Below are positions 40,308-51,067 of a DNA stretch of 64,000 nucleotides, one piece after another. The notes beneath the pieces were generated by a model that made no database searches, was not told the origin of the DNA, and worked only from the letters and a program-made list of their open reading frames with translations. The DNA lies in assembly GCA_964437495.1 (NCBI GenBank), contig CAYTGV010000009.1, forward strand, positions 6,983 through 70,982. Reading direction: 5' to 3'. Position 1 is the stretch's first letter. The number at the start of each line of letters is the position of its first letter. The position numbers were made by a program, and so were the translations under genes. Source of the DNA: an uncultured Planctomycetia bacterium. Its GTDB lineage: Bacteria > Omnitrophota > Gorgyraeia > B26-G9.

Positions 40308-40766
40308 ATGCCAAATGAATTAGAGTCTGCTAAAAATTTTGCTTTGAGACTGATAAAGTTTCGGATGCGCTCAAAGCATGAACTCCAAAGCCGCTTAAAA
40401 AGAAAACAGTTTTCAGAAAAGATAATAAAACAAGTTCTTGATTTTTTAAGCGATTTAGGGTATGTTAATGACTTAACCTTTGCCAAGACATGGGTTAATG
40501 ACAGATTGCAATTTAACCCCCGCAGTAGAAAACTGTTGGTTTATGAACTAAAGAATAAGGGCATAGATGAGACTATAATTAAACAATCAATTGCCGGGCT
40601 AAGCTCTGAAATCGAAGAGCAAATGGCCAGGGAGCTAGTATTAAAAAGACTGCCAAAATTAAAGGGATTATCCAGAGAAATTAAACAAAGACGTTTGAGC
40701 GGATATTTAAACAGACGCGGATTTTCAGCTGGAATTTTGTTTAAAATTATAAAGGAATTGGAATAA
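40308..40766 (+). CDS. recX: Regulatory protein RecX
   Basis: RMRSKHEL..RLKRK, GYVNDLTFA, YELKNKGI, YLNRRGF; ATG 40308 after AGGAAAGG. Confidence 0.9.
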   Translation: MPNELESAKNFALRLIKFRMRSKHELQSRLKRKQFSEKIIKQVLDFLSDLGYVNDLTFAKTWVNDRLQFNPRSRKLLVYELKNKGIDETIIKQSIAGLSSEIEEQMARELVLKRLPKLKGLSREIKQRRLSGYLNRRGFSAGILFKIIKELE

Positions 40767-40768
40767 CT

Positions 40769-43429
40769 GTGAACAGCGATACAATCAGAAAAAATTTTTT
40801 AGATTTTTTTGCCAACTATGGTCATAAAATAGTTGAAAGCGACTCTATTGCACCTGCAAATGATAAATCAGTTTTGTTCACATCCGCTGGTATGAATCAG
40901 TTTAAAGAACAATTTATGGGGAATATCACTGATTTCAGAAGAGCCGCAAGTTCACAAAAGTGTATGCGAACTGCTGATCTGATAAATGTAGGGAAAAGCC
41001 CGACGCATCATACTTTTTTTGAAATGCTCGGTAATTTTTCTTTTGGAGATTATTTTAAAAAAGAGGCAATCCAGTGGGCATGGGAATTTATTACAGAGAT
41101 ATTATCTCTGCCTAAAGACAGACTGTGGGTTTCTGTGCATAAGGCTGATACAGAGGCTTATAATATCTGGATTGACATTATAAAAATTGCGCCAAAGCGA
41201 ATCGTTAAGCTTGGCGACATCGATAATTTCTGGCCGGCTGATGCGCCCAAACAGGGCCCGAATGGCCCTTGCGGCCCGTGTTCTGAAATATTTTATGACT
41301 GGGGTGAGGATGCCGGATGCAAAAGGCCTGGCTGCAACCCTGCCTGTGATTGCAAAAGATTCACAGAAATTTGGAATTTGGTTTTTACCCAATATGACCG
41401 CCAGTCAGACGGAACACTTAATGCGCTTCCCAGTAAGAATATAGATACGGGCATGGGGCTTGAACGTATTGTAAGTGTAATGCAAAATAAACGCAGCAAT
41501 TACGAGACAGATCTATTCATGCCTATATTGGAATCTCTTGAAAAAATATTAGCTAAAGAAAATATATCAGCTGATAATATGTGGTTAACTACTAAGGCAC
41601 GCGCAATCGCAGATCATATCAGAGCAGCATCATTTGCGATTGCTGATGGTATTGTACCGTCTAATGAAGCACGGGGTTATGTAATCAGAAAGCTTATTAG
41701 ACGCTCAATAATGTACCTGAAGCAAATCGGTGTAAATAGGCCGCTTTGCTTTGGCCTTGTTTACAGTATCGGTAAGGTCATGAAAAATGCCTACCCGGAA
41801 ATAATACGCAGACATGAAACAATTGCCGGCATTATAAAAAAAGAGGAAGAAATGTTCTGGACTATTCTTAGAGAAAGAGCTCAGGAGAATGAATCTAAAT
41901 TCAAGGAGCTATCTATGAATACAAGTGATAACATTACAACAGCGCAAATTGCTTTTAATCAGTACGATACCTATGGCGTACCGCTTGAGATAAGCAAAGA
42001 AAATGCACAAAAGTTCGGATTGGCTATAAACGACGAGGAATTTGAAAAGCTAATGGAAAAACAGAGAGAACGATCAAGAAGCTCAACTCAGATTTCCTCT
42101 AATATTTTTTCTAAAAGTATCGGCCATTTGTTAAAGAATATGCGCAGCGAATTTATCGGATATGATAATCTAGAGGCAAAAGCCAAGGTATTAGCTATTA
42201 TAAATAAAGATGTATTAGTTGAATCCGCCAATAAAGATGATCAGATAGACATTGCACTTGATATCACGCCTTTTTATGCTGAGGCTGGCGGTCAAATAGG
42301 TGACACAGGTCTTATTAAAACTGAATCTGGTGCATACATAAGCGTAGAGCAAACAATAAAGACAGACAATGCGATCCTACATAGATGCCGGATAGTTAAG
42401 GGAGAAATAAACAAAGGCGATGAAGTAATCGCACAGGTTACAACACAAGAGCGAAGATCCACAGCGAGAAATCACACGGCAACACATCTGCTGCAATATG
42501 CCCTGAGAAAGGTTTTGGGAACTGATGTTGAGCAATCCGGGTCTTTTGTTTCGAGCATTAAACTTCGCTTTGATTTCAACCATTTAAACCAGATAAATTC
42601 ACAGAGTTTAAATGAGATTGAGGATATTGTTAATGCCTGCATCCTGGACAATATTTCCGTCAAGACTAAGATAATGGGAATTAATGAGGCAAAAAATAGC
42701 GGCGCGCTGGCTTTCTTTGGTGAGAAATACTCTCAATCTGTGCGCGTTCTTTCAATTGGTGATAAGTCAAAAGAGCTTTGCGGAGGTACGCATGTCAGCG
42801 CCACAGGAGAAATAGGGTGCTTTAAGATAATCTCTGAGAGCTCTGTGGCCCAGGGTATCCGAAGAATAGAAGCTATTACCGGAATTGAGGCTTTAAGAGC
42901 TATGAAGGCCAATGAAAGATATTTATCAGATTTATGTCAGACATTTAAAGTCTCAAAAGAAAAGATAGTGAGTACGGCGCAAAAAACACTAAGTCAGATA
43001 AAGTCATTTGAAAAAGAAATCGCAAAATTAAAATCAGGCAATATTGCTGGGGAATCTGATACACTGATCAAGCAGGCACAAAGCGTGAACAATGTCTGCA
43101 TTGTAATAAAAGAGTTCAGGAATTATGACATGGTAGCCTTGCGTAAAATGAGCGACTTGTTACGATTAAAAAAGGATCCGATCATCTGTGTATTAGGAGC
43201 TGTGGGAGGAAACAAGCCATTACTGCTTGTTGGAATAAGTAAAACTCTTACACAAAGAGGATTGGATGCAGTTAGTATAATTAAGGAAATAACCGCAATC
43301 TGCGGAGGCGGTGGTGGAGGGAAAAAGGAACTTGCCCAGGCAGGGGCAAAGGATGATGCTCTCCTGCTAAAGGCAATAAAGGGAGCTGAAAAAATAATAA
43401 ACGATCATTTAAAGAACATTCAAATATGA
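40769..43429 (+). CDS. alaS: Alanine--tRNA ligase
   Basis: FTSAGMNQFK, HHTFFEMLGNFSFGDYFK, DTGMGLER, NHTATHLL, ELCGGTHV, GGGGGK. Confidence 0.98.
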   Translation: MNSDTIRKNFLDFFANYGHKIVESDSIAPANDKSVLFTSAGMNQFKEQFMGNITDFRRAASSQKCMRTADLINVGKSPTHHTFFEMLGNFSFGDYFKKEAIQWAWEFITEILSLPKDRLWVSVHKADTEAYNIWIDIIKIAPKRIVKLGDIDNFWPADAPKQGPNGPCGPCSEIFYDWGEDAGCKRPGCNPACDCKRFTEIWNLVFTQYDRQSDGTLNALPSKNIDTGMGLERIVSVMQNKRSNYETDLFMPILESLEKILAKENISADNMWLTTKARAIADHIRAASFAIADGIVPSNEARGYVIRKLIRRSIMYLKQIGVNRPLCFGLVYSIGKVMKNAYPEIIRRHETIAGIIKKEEEMFWTILRERAQENESKFKELSMNTSDNITTAQIAFNQYDTYGVPLEISKENAQKFGLAINDEEFEKLMEKQRERSRSSTQISSNIFSKSIGHLLKNMRSEFIGYDNLEAKAKVLAIINKDVLVESANKDDQIDIALDITPFYAEAGGQIGDTGLIKTESGAYISVEQTIKTDNAILHRCRIVKGEINKGDEVIAQVTTQERRSTARNHTATHLLQYALRKVLGTDVEQSGSFVSSIKLRFDFNHLNQINSQSLNEIEDIVNACILDNISVKTKIMGINEAKNSGALAFFGEKYSQSVRVLSIGDKSKELCGGTHVSATGEIGCFKIISESSVAQGIRRIEAITGIEALRAMKANERYLSDLCQTFKVSKEKIVSTAQKTLSQIKSFEKEIAKLKSGNIAGESDTLIKQAQSVNNVCIVIKEFRNYDMVALRKMSDLLRLKKDPIICVLGAVGGNKPLLLVGISKTLTQRGLDAVSIIKEITAICGGGGGGKKELAQAGAKDDALLLKAIKGAEKIINDHLKNIQI

Positions 43430-43441
43430 ACAATGAGGTAA

Positions 43442-44665
43442 ATGATGAAAGTCATAAAGTTTTCAGGCAAAACATTGGAGAAAGTCTACAGCAGACTTGC
43501 TAAGCGCAAAGTACGGGTAAAGAAAAAAGTTGAAAAGATTCTTCAAGATGTAAGAACCAAGGGAGATGAGGCGCTGATTTATTACTCTAAAAAACTTGAT
43601 AAGGCAACCTTAACACCTCGACAGTTAAAGGTCAGTGAATCAGAGACCAGCGAAGCTTATCAGAATATTGATGCGGCATTTATCTCCAGTCTAAAGCTGG
43701 CAATCAATAATGTTACCCGTTTTTATAAAAACCAAATAAAAAAATCCTGGAAAATCAAGGGGGAGGACGGCATTACCCTAGGGGAAATCATACGTCCTTT
43801 AGAAAAAGTCGGGGTATATGTACCAAGCGGAACCGCACCGCTGGTTTCCTCTGTTTATATGAGTGTTCTGCCGGCTAAGATCGCTGGAGTAGAGGAAATA
43901 TATTTAGCCACGCCGCCTAATGCTAACGGTGAAGTGAATCCATATATACTGGCTGTGGCTAATTTGCTTAAAGTCAAGGCGGTTTATAAACTGGGTGGAG
44001 CGCAGGCAATAGGGGCTATGGCCTTTGGCACAAAAACCGTACCAAAAGTAGATAAGATCGTAGGTCCGGGAAATGATTATGTTACCGAGGCAAAAAGACA
44101 GGTATTCGGATATTGTGCTATTGATATGCTTGCCGGTCCCAGCGAGGTAGTTATCATTGCTAATAATTTTGCAAATCCCGCACATGTAATAGCTGATTTG
44201 CATGCTCAAGCTGAACATAAAAACGGAATTGCGATTTTGATAACTACATCAAAAAAACTTGCGTTTATAGTGAGAAAGGAAGTTGCCAACGGTTTTGTCA
44301 TAATGGTCAAAAACCTCGAGGAAGCGATAAGCGTTTCTAACCGAATTGCTCCGGAACATCTAGAAATAATGGTAAAACAGCCGGAAAAAATACTTAAAAA
44401 AATAAAGAATGCGGGAGCTGTATTTGTCGGGGCATATTCACCTGTGGTCCTAGGAGATTATATTTCAGGTCCAAGCCATGTATTGCCGACATCAGGCACA
44501 GCCAGATTTTTCTCTGGGCTTGGAACATCTGATTTCATGAAAAGTACCCATGTGATTAGCTACACAAAAAAAGCGCTTGAAAAAGTAGCTCCGGCAGTTG
44601 AGAAAATAGCTTCACTTGAGGGGATGAAAAAACATATGCAGTCTTTAAAATCAAGATTGGAATAG
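43442..44665 (+). CDS. hisD: Histidinol dehydrogenase
   Basis: VGVYVP.G, GGAQAI, GPGN.YV, IDMLAGPSE, AQAEH, APEHLE, GPSHVLPT. Confidence 0.95.
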   Translation: MMKVIKFSGKTLEKVYSRLAKRKVRVKKKVEKILQDVRTKGDEALIYYSKKLDKATLTPRQLKVSESETSEAYQNIDAAFISSLKLAINNVTRFYKNQIKKSWKIKGEDGITLGEIIRPLEKVGVYVPSGTAPLVSSVYMSVLPAKIAGVEEIYLATPPNANGEVNPYILAVANLLKVKAVYKLGGAQAIGAMAFGTKTVPKVDKIVGPGNDYVTEAKRQVFGYCAIDMLAGPSEVVIIANNFANPAHVIADLHAQAEHKNGIAILITTSKKLAFIVRKEVANGFVIMVKNLEEAISVSNRIAPEHLEIMVKQPEKILKKIKNAGAVFVGAYSPVVLGDYISGPSHVLPTSGTARFFSGLGTSDFMKSTHVISYTKKALEKVAPAVEKIASLEGMKKHMQSLKSRLE

Positions 44666-44676
44666 GAGAGCTTATT

Positions 44677-45303
44677 ATGGCAAATCAAAGATCAAGCCTT
44701 ATTAAAAGAAAAACCAATGAAGTTGATATCAATGGCAATCTAAACATTGATGGAATAGGAAAAACTGACATAAAAACCGGTTTTGAGCCGCTGAACCATC
44801 TTTTAACCCTATTTTCTTTCCATGGATTTTTTGATCTTGAAATAAACGCTCAGGGGGATCTCCCACATCATATTATTGAGGATCTCGGAATTGCCATTGG
44901 CAAGGCCCTTAAACAGGCTTTAGGAGAAAAAGAAGGCATAAAGCGATACGGTTGTTTTACGGTTGCCATGGATAAGGTGGCAGTTGAAGCTGTAATTGAT
45001 ATTAGCGGCAGGCCGTCTCTGCAGGGGGTAAATATTGAATCTACAGGTTCCAAAATAGCCAATAAGCTAAATAATGATACCTTTGACAATACGAAGTTTA
45101 CTTTTAAGCACGCAGAGGAATTTCTGGAATCATTTTTACAGCATGCCGGTATCAGCCTGGTATATATAATTAAATCAGGCGAGGGAGACCTGCACCATAT
45201 ATTAGAGGCACTTTTTAAAGCCATGGGCAAGGCCCTTGATCAGGCAACATCTATAGATATTCGGCGCAAAGGCATACCATCGACTAAAGGAATAATTGAT
45301 TAA
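44677..45303 (+). CDS. hisB: Imidazoleglycerol-phosphate dehydratase
   Basis: RKTNE, HHIIED, DISGRP, HHILEALFKA, PSTKG. Confidence 0.93.
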   Translation: MANQRSSLIKRKTNEVDINGNLNIDGIGKTDIKTGFEPLNHLLTLFSFHGFFDLEINAQGDLPHHIIEDLGIAIGKALKQALGEKEGIKRYGCFTVAMDKVAVEAVIDISGRPSLQGVNIESTGSKIANKLNNDTFDNTKFTFKHAEEFLESFLQHAGISLVYIIKSGEGDLHHILEALFKAMGKALDQATSIDIRRKGIPSTKGIID

Positions 45304-45307
45304 TAAT

Positions 45308-46039
45308 ATGTTAACAGTCAACCCGGCAATAGATCTGAGAAACGGTAATGTAGTTCGATTATATAAAGGACTTTATAATCAAGAGACAATTTATTCTGAT
45401 GATCCTCTTAAGATTGCTGAAAAATGGATGGATGCCGGGGCGCAAACCCTTCATATTATTGATTTGGATGGAGCGCGGACTGGCAAATTAGTAAATCTTA
45501 ACATAGTAAAGAAAATTATAAATGCCTGCGACTTAAAGATTCAGCTTGGCGGAGGTATCCGCTCTAAAGAAGCAATCGAAGAAGCGATTAATGCCGGTGT
45601 TCACAGAGTTATTATGAGCACGCGGATATTTCAGGATAACAATTTTCTGGCAAGTCTAAGCCATGAATTAAAAAAACGGATCATTGTAAGCATTGACTGC
45701 AAAGACGGGATAGTAATGGACAAGGGCTGGAGTAGGCAAACAAGCCTAAGCGTCCTGCAGGCAATTAAAATAGTGGAGGACTCGGGTATCAAGACATGCG
45801 TTGTAACAGATGTAGCTCAGGACGGAACCTTAAAAGGCCCTAATGTAGAATTGATTAAAAATATCCTCAGCTCAACCAAGATGGATATAATAGCTGCGGG
45901 GGGAATGTCAACAATAGATGATGTTAAAACGATGACCGCGATTGGAAATAAATATGTTAATTTAAACGGAGTAATTATCGGGAAAGCCCTATATGAGGGA
46001 AAAATAGATCTAAAGGAGGCAATTAATTGTGCAAGTTAA
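45308..46039 (+). CDS. hisA: ProFAR isomerase HisA
   Basis: [46 protein letters not shown]. Confidence 0.94.
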   Translation: MLTVNPAIDLRNGNVVRLYKGLYNQETIYSDDPLKIAEKWMDAGAQTLHIIDLDGARTGKLVNLNIVKKIINACDLKIQLGGGIRSKEAIEEAINAGVHRVIMSTRIFQDNNFLASLSHELKKRIIVSIDCKDGIVMDKGWSRQTSLSVLQAIKIVEDSGIKTCVVTDVAQDGTLKGPNVELIKNILSSTKMDIIAAGGMSTIDDVKTMTAIGNKYVNLNGVIIGKALYEGKIDLKEAINCAS

Positions 46040-46394
46040 AAGACCTAAATTAAAATCTTTAAAATTAAAAAATTTAAAATCAATTAATGATTTAAAATTC
46101 GATGATAAAGGACTAATACCAGCCATTGTCCAAGATGTGAAGAATAAGGAAATTTTAATGGTAGCTTATATGAATGCGGTATCATTAAAAAAAACTCTCT
46201 CAACCGGACTAGCTACATATTGGTCACGCTCGAGAAAATGCCTTTGGCTAAAAGGTGATACTTCCGGACATTTTCAAATAGTAAAGAAAATTCACTTCGA
46301 TTGCGATAAGGACACTCTACTTCTTGAGGTCAGGCAAATCGGAGTCGCCTGTCATACCGGGGCACGATCTTGTTTTTACACTCGGATGATATAG
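46029..46394 (+). CDS. hisI: Phosphoribosyl-AMP cyclohydrolase
   Basis: [39 protein letters not shown]. Confidence 0.95.
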   Translation: MQVKRPKLKSLKLKNLKSINDLKFDDKGLIPAIVQDVKNKEILMVAYMNAVSLKKTLSTGLATYWSRSRKCLWLKGDTSGHFQIVKKIHFDCDKDTLLLEVRQIGVACHTGARSCFYTRMI

Positions 46395-46403
46395 ACATAT
46401 ATA

Positions 46404-46536
46404 AAAGCGCTGTTGCAAAATATGCAGAAATACCACCCCTCGGGGCACAGACAAGACATTCGAGGCAAACGCGCAGGCGTACAATTCAAGTGAGCAACCG
46501 AATAACAACAAAATGTGCGTTTTTTAGCAGTGATTT
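46404..46536. repeat. Putative miniature inverted-repeat (MITE/REP-like) element
   Basis: Imperfect terminal IR AAAGCGCTGTTGCAAAATATGCA ... TGCGTTTTTTAGCAGTGATTT enclosing a GC-richer core. Confidence 0.4.
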
Positions 46537-46557
46537 AAAAGAAAAAGGTATACAGCT

Positions 46558-48066
46558 ATGTATAAACCAAGTAGAGCAGAGTTCAAAAAATTAAGCAAAA
46601 AAGGCAATTTAATCCCTGTTTACAGAGAACTGCTCGCGGATCTGGAAACACCTGTATCCGCATTTATGAAAATTGATAACAGCCCATATTCCTATCTGCT
46701 TGAATCTGTCGAAGGAGGAGAAAAGATAGCGCGCTATTCTTTTCTCGGTTCTAATCCCTCTTTAATATTTCAAAGCAAGGCAGACCGAATTGAAATTTTG
46801 CAAAAAAACGGCTCAAGATTCAAAAAAAAATCTTATGAGATAAAAACTGATCCCCTGGAAGAAATAAAAAAAATAATAAACGCGTATGAATTTGTCAGCG
46901 TAGATGGCCTGCCGCGTTTTTGCGGCGGCCTTGTGGGTTATATGAGTTATGATTCAATAAGATTTTTTGAAGATATCCCCGATAAAAACCCTGATGACTT
47001 AAAGCTTAATGATTGTATTTTCGTTCTAACAGATACAATACTGATATTTGACCATATTGCGCACAAAATCAAGGTTGTTTCCAATGTCCATCTTGACTCA
47101 AAGCATGGCAGGCTTACATCCGCTGCCCTTGATAAAATCTATAACGTGGCTCTTAAAAAAATAGATTCTCTTGTTGAAATGATGCAAAAACCGCTTAAGT
47201 TAGCTAAAAGGGCAGGGAAATCCAAGCCCTTTAAAGTCACCTCAAATATAAGTAAAGCAGCTTTTAAAAAGTCAGTCACCCGTGCAAAGGAATATATAAA
47301 AGCAGGGGATATAATCCAAACCGTGCTTTCGCAGCGATTTAAGACAGATATTCATGTCGAGGAATTTGATATTTATCGAGCCCTGCGCATGGTAAACCCA
47401 TCGCCGTACATGTATTATTTAAAATTTGGAGATACAAAGCTTATAGGATCATCTCCGGAAGTAATGTTGCGATGTGAAAAAAATATTGCTGAAGTCAGAC
47501 CGATAGCAGGCACGCGTATAAGAGGCAGGGATGAAAAAGCCGATATGGCATTAGCTAAGGATTTGCTTACTGATCCAAAAGAGCGGGCTGAACATATAAT
47601 GCTGCTTGATTTGGGCCGTAATGATCTGGGGAGAGTATGCGACTATGGAAGTGTCAAAGTAAGTGAACTGATGAAAATTGAAAAATACTCCCATGTAATG
47701 CATATTGTCAGTGATATTCAGGGTAAGATCAAGCTTGGAATAGAAAATCTAGATGTGCTCAAAGCCACTTTTCCTGCGGGCACGGTTTCGGGCGCGCCTA
47801 AGATAAGGGCCATGGAAATCATTGATGAACTAGAAACTGTGCGCAGAGGACCCTATGCAGGTTGTGTTGGATACCTTAGTTTTTCCGGAAACCTTGATTC
47901 TTGTATTACGATACGAACTATTATTGTAAAAGGAAAAACCGCTTATGTTCAGGCAGGCGCAGGAATTGTCGCTGACTCAAAACCGGAAAAAGAGTATCAG
48001 GAGACTGTAAATAAGGCCATGGCTCTTTTAAAAGCCATAGAGCTCTCACAAAAGGGGATGTTATGA
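46558..48066 (+). CDS. trpE: Anthranilate synthase component I
   Basis: LLESVEGGE, GDIIQTVLSQR, NPSPYMY, RPIAGT, EHIMLLDLGRND, PAGTVSGAPK. Confidence 0.96.
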   Translation: MYKPSRAEFKKLSKKGNLIPVYRELLADLETPVSAFMKIDNSPYSYLLESVEGGEKIARYSFLGSNPSLIFQSKADRIEILQKNGSRFKKKSYEIKTDPLEEIKKIINAYEFVSVDGLPRFCGGLVGYMSYDSIRFFEDIPDKNPDDLKLNDCIFVLTDTILIFDHIAHKIKVVSNVHLDSKHGRLTSAALDKIYNVALKKIDSLVEMMQKPLKLAKRAGKSKPFKVTSNISKAAFKKSVTRAKEYIKAGDIIQTVLSQRFKTDIHVEEFDIYRALRMVNPSPYMYYLKFGDTKLIGSSPEVMLRCEKNIAEVRPIAGTRIRGRDEKADMALAKDLLTDPKERAEHIMLLDLGRNDLGRVCDYGSVKVSELMKIEKYSHVMHIVSDIQGKIKLGIENLDVLKATFPAGTVSGAPKIRAMEIIDELETVRRGPYAGCVGYLSFSGNLDSCITIRTIIVKGKTAYVQAGAGIVADSKPEKEYQETVNKAMALLKAIELSQKGML

Positions 48067-48638
48067 TTCTGGTTATTGATAATTACGATTCTTTTACCTA
48101 TAATCTGGTTCAGTATTTTGGGGAATTAAATCAGAAAGTTGAGGTTATCAGAAACGATAAAATCAGTATTGCTCAAATTAAAAAATTAAGACCAAGGCAG
48201 ATCGTGATTTCACCCGGACCATGTACACCTAAGAAAGCCGGGATCTCGGTAGAAGTAATTTTAAATTTTTATAAAAAACTACCGCTGCTTGGAGTTTGTC
48301 TAGGACATCAATGCCTGGGCTATGCATTTGGGGCGAATATTGTACAGGCAAAAACATTAATGCACGGCAAAACATCAAAAATATTCCATGACCGTCAAAA
48401 AATTTTTAAAGGTATTCCCAACCCATTTGTGGCTACACGATATCACTCTCTTTCCATTGAAGAGCGCAGTCTACCAAAAACATTTAAGATAACCGCAAGA
48501 GCTGATGACGGAGAAATAATGGCTATAGAGCATTTACATCTGCCTGTTTTTGGTGTACAGTTCCATCCGGAATCAATACTCACTAAAGAGGGAAAAAATA
48601 TATTGGAAAATTTTTTAAAACAAAGGCGAAAAAAATGA
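48063..48638 (+). CDS. trpG: Anthranilate synthase component II (glutamine amidotransferase)
   Basis: IDNYDSFTYNL, SPGPC, GVCLGHQ, RYHSL, QFHPES. Confidence 0.94.
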   Translation: MILVIDNYDSFTYNLVQYFGELNQKVEVIRNDKISIAQIKKLRPRQIVISPGPCTPKKAGISVEVILNFYKKLPLLGVCLGHQCLGYAFGANIVQAKTLMHGKTSKIFHDRQKIFKGIPNPFVATRYHSLSIEERSLPKTFKITARADDGEIMAIEHLHLPVFGVQFHPESILTKEGKNILENFLKQRRKK

Positions 48639-49654
48639 TTTCTGAATCTATGAAAAAAATAATCCTGTCTCAGAACTTAAGCCGCCAGGAAACAGAGGAC
48701 GCATTTAGCCAGATTATGCAAGGCAATACTACTGATGCCCAGATTGCTGCATTTTTAACAGCCCTGATGATAAAAGGCGAAACCGTTGATGAAATTACCG
48801 GAGCCGCAACGATTATGCGTAAATTGGCTACTGCGATACATGTAAAGAATAAGGTCATTTTGGATACCTGCGGCACAGGAGGATCTCAGAAACACGGATT
48901 TAATGTCTCTACATTAACCGCATTAGTCGTTAGCGCCGTAGGAGTCACAGTGGCTAAACATGGAAACCGCAGCATGACCAGTAAATCGGGAAGCGCAGAT
49001 CTGCTTGAGGCTTTAGGCGTTAATATAAATGTTGAACCCCGGATTACAGAAAAGTGCATTAATGAAATCGGCATTGGATTTATGTTTGCCCCGCTTTTTC
49101 ATAAGGCCATGAAATATGCTATCGGAGTGCGCAGGGAATTAGGCTTTAGAACGATTTTTAACATTCTCGGGCCTTTAACCAACCCAGCGCACACAACACA
49201 TCAATTATTGGGTGTTTTTAATCCTGCTCTGTGTAAACCCATGTCAATGGTGCTGGGAAATCTTGGTCTAAAGCGGGCACTTGTTGTCCATGGAAACGAC
49301 GGACTTGATGAAGTTACCTTATCAGATTCAACGATTGTTTATGAAATGAACAATGGGAAAACAGATAATTACACTATAACACCTGAGCAATTTGGATTAA
49401 AAAGAGTACAGCTTGAAGACATTCAGATCAGCGGCCTTGAAGAAAGCAAAAAAGTTTCCCTTGAAATACTTAATGGTATTAGCAGCCCCAAATATGATTT
49501 TGTTGTACTTAATTCAGCCTTTGCTTTGTATGCCGCAGAATATGTTTCTTCGATCAATGCCGGCATTGAAATTGCTATTGAAATGCTTAAAAAAAAGAAA
49601 GCATTAGACAAACTTGAACTTTTAAAGAAAATGACAAATGCAGACAATACTTAA
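48635..49654 (+). CDS. trpD: Anthranilate phosphoribosyltransferase
   Basis: DTCGTGG, FNVST, KHGNRS, GSADLLEALG, NILGPL.NP, DGLDE. Confidence 0.96.
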   Translation: MISESMKKIILSQNLSRQETEDAFSQIMQGNTTDAQIAAFLTALMIKGETVDEITGAATIMRKLATAIHVKNKVILDTCGTGGSQKHGFNVSTLTALVVSAVGVTVAKHGNRSMTSKSGSADLLEALGVNINVEPRITEKCINEIGIGFMFAPLFHKAMKYAIGVRRELGFRTIFNILGPLTNPAHTTHQLLGVFNPALCKPMSMVLGNLGLKRALVVHGNDGLDEVTLSDSTIVYEMNNGKTDNYTITPEQFGLKRVQLEDIQISGLEESKKVSLEILNGISSPKYDFVVLNSAFALYAAEYVSSINAGIEIAIEMLKKKKALDKLELLKKMTNADNT

Positions 49655-50429
49655 AAAAATAATAGAGGTAAAAAAAATTGAAATACGCAAAGCAAAGAGC
49701 ATTCTTTCTCTTAAAGATCTAAAGCAAAAGGTAAACAACCAAAAAATCGTCACCAGAGATTTTAAAAGCGCGTTAACAAAAAAGGGACAGATCACATGCA
49801 TTGGTGAGCTTAAGATAGCCTCGCCTTCAAAAGGTTTTTTAAATAAGAATTTAAACCTGGCTAAAACAGCAAAGATTTATGAAAAAGAAGGTATCAACGC
49901 AATATCAGTATTAACAGACATGCATTTTAAGGGCAAGCTATCTGATTTGAGACTTGTAAAGGACCAAGTAAATATTCCTATCTTGCGCAAGGATTTCATA
50001 ATTGAAGATTATCAGGTATATGAGTCTTTATTTCATGGAGCTGATGCTATTTTACTGATTGGCGCTGTTTTAAGCAAGAAACTACTTGGTGAGCTGCTGG
50101 GGCTAACACATCAATTAAAGATGAATGCAATTATTGAAGTTCATACTCCGGATGATCTTGAGAAAATTGATTTCTCCGCAGCACGGATCATAGGTATAAA
50201 TAACAGGAATCTAAAAGATTTTTCTGTAGACCTTAAAAGGACAAAGCAGCTATGTTTAAGTATTCCGGCAAGGATAAGAACGATCAGTGAAAGCGGGATC
50301 AATTGCAGAGCGGACATGCTCTATTTAAAAAAGCTAAAAATTAACTCTGTACTTATTGGGGAAGGAATTGTTCGGGCAAAAAACATTCCTTTAAAAATCA
50401 GAGAATTATTAGGTAAAAAAATATGCTGA
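49638..50429 (+). CDS. trpC: Indole-3-glycerol phosphate synthase
   Basis: ELKIASPSKG, ISVLTD, LRKDFI, GINNRNL, SESGI. Confidence 0.95.
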   Translation: MQTILKKIIEVKKIEIRKAKSILSLKDLKQKVNNQKIVTRDFKSALTKKGQITCIGELKIASPSKGFLNKNLNLAKTAKIYEKEGINAISVLTDMHFKGKLSDLRLVKDQVNIPILRKDFIIEDYQVYESLFHGADAILLIGAVLSKKLLGELLGLTHQLKMNAIIEVHTPDDLEKIDFSAARIIGINNRNLKDFSVDLKRTKQLCLSIPARIRTISESGINCRADMLYLKKLKINSVLIGEGIVRAKNIPLKIRELLGKKIC

Positions 50430-51049
50430 AAATTAAAATCTGCGGCATTACCAACGCTGAAGATGCTCAAAGAGCCTGTGAATACGGTGCGGATGCCCTA
50501 GGATTTGTTTTTGCCAAGAGTCCGCGCATGATTAACCCGGAAAATGCGAGCAGAATAACCAGGCAAATTCCGCCTTTCATAGCCAAAGTCGGGGTTTTTG
50601 TCGATGCGGATAAAGCATTTGTGATCAAAGCTATAAAAAAATGCAAACTTGATACCTTGCAGTTTCACGGGCATGAATCTGATAAGTATTGTTCTTTTTT
50701 TCGAAAATATTGTAAAATAATAAAGGCGTTTAGAATAAAGGAGTCATCTGACATGGAATCAATTGAAAAATATATCCATGTGAACGCTTATTTATTTGAT
50801 TCCTATTCAAGGGATATATACGGCGGGACAGGGATTGCTTTTGCGCATGGTCTATTGAAGAACAGGAATTTTAAAAGACCGATAATAATCGCCGGAGGAA
50901 TCAATGAAAAAAATTGCGGTCAAATAGCAGCTTTGCTGCGTCCGTTTGCGTTTGATGTTTCAAGCTCTATAGAGTCAAATCCAGGCAAGAAAGATTTAGG
51001 GAAAATGAAAAATATAATTAAAAAAGTAAAATTGATTAAAAATTCTTAA
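50423..51049 (+). CDS. trpF: Phosphoribosylanthranilate isomerase
   Basis: KICGIT, GFVF..SPR, QFHG.E, GGTG, AGGI, DVSSSIE..PGKKD. Confidence 0.95.
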   Translation: MLKIKICGITNAEDAQRACEYGADALGFVFAKSPRMINPENASRITRQIPPFIAKVGVFVDADKAFVIKAIKKCKLDTLQFHGHESDKYCSFFRKYCKIIKAFRIKESSDMESIEKYIHVNAYLFDSYSRDIYGGTGIAFAHGLLKNRNFKRPIIIAGGINEKNCGQIAALLRPFAFDVSSSIESNPGKKDLGKMKNIIKKVKLIKNS

Positions 51050-51067
51050 TAACTAAAAAGGGAAATC

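Noticed and set aside
46370-46594. 74-aa ORF or trp leader peptide/attenuator
   Set aside because: No Trp codons, overlaps both neighbours, no T-box; it reads across the inverted-repeat element
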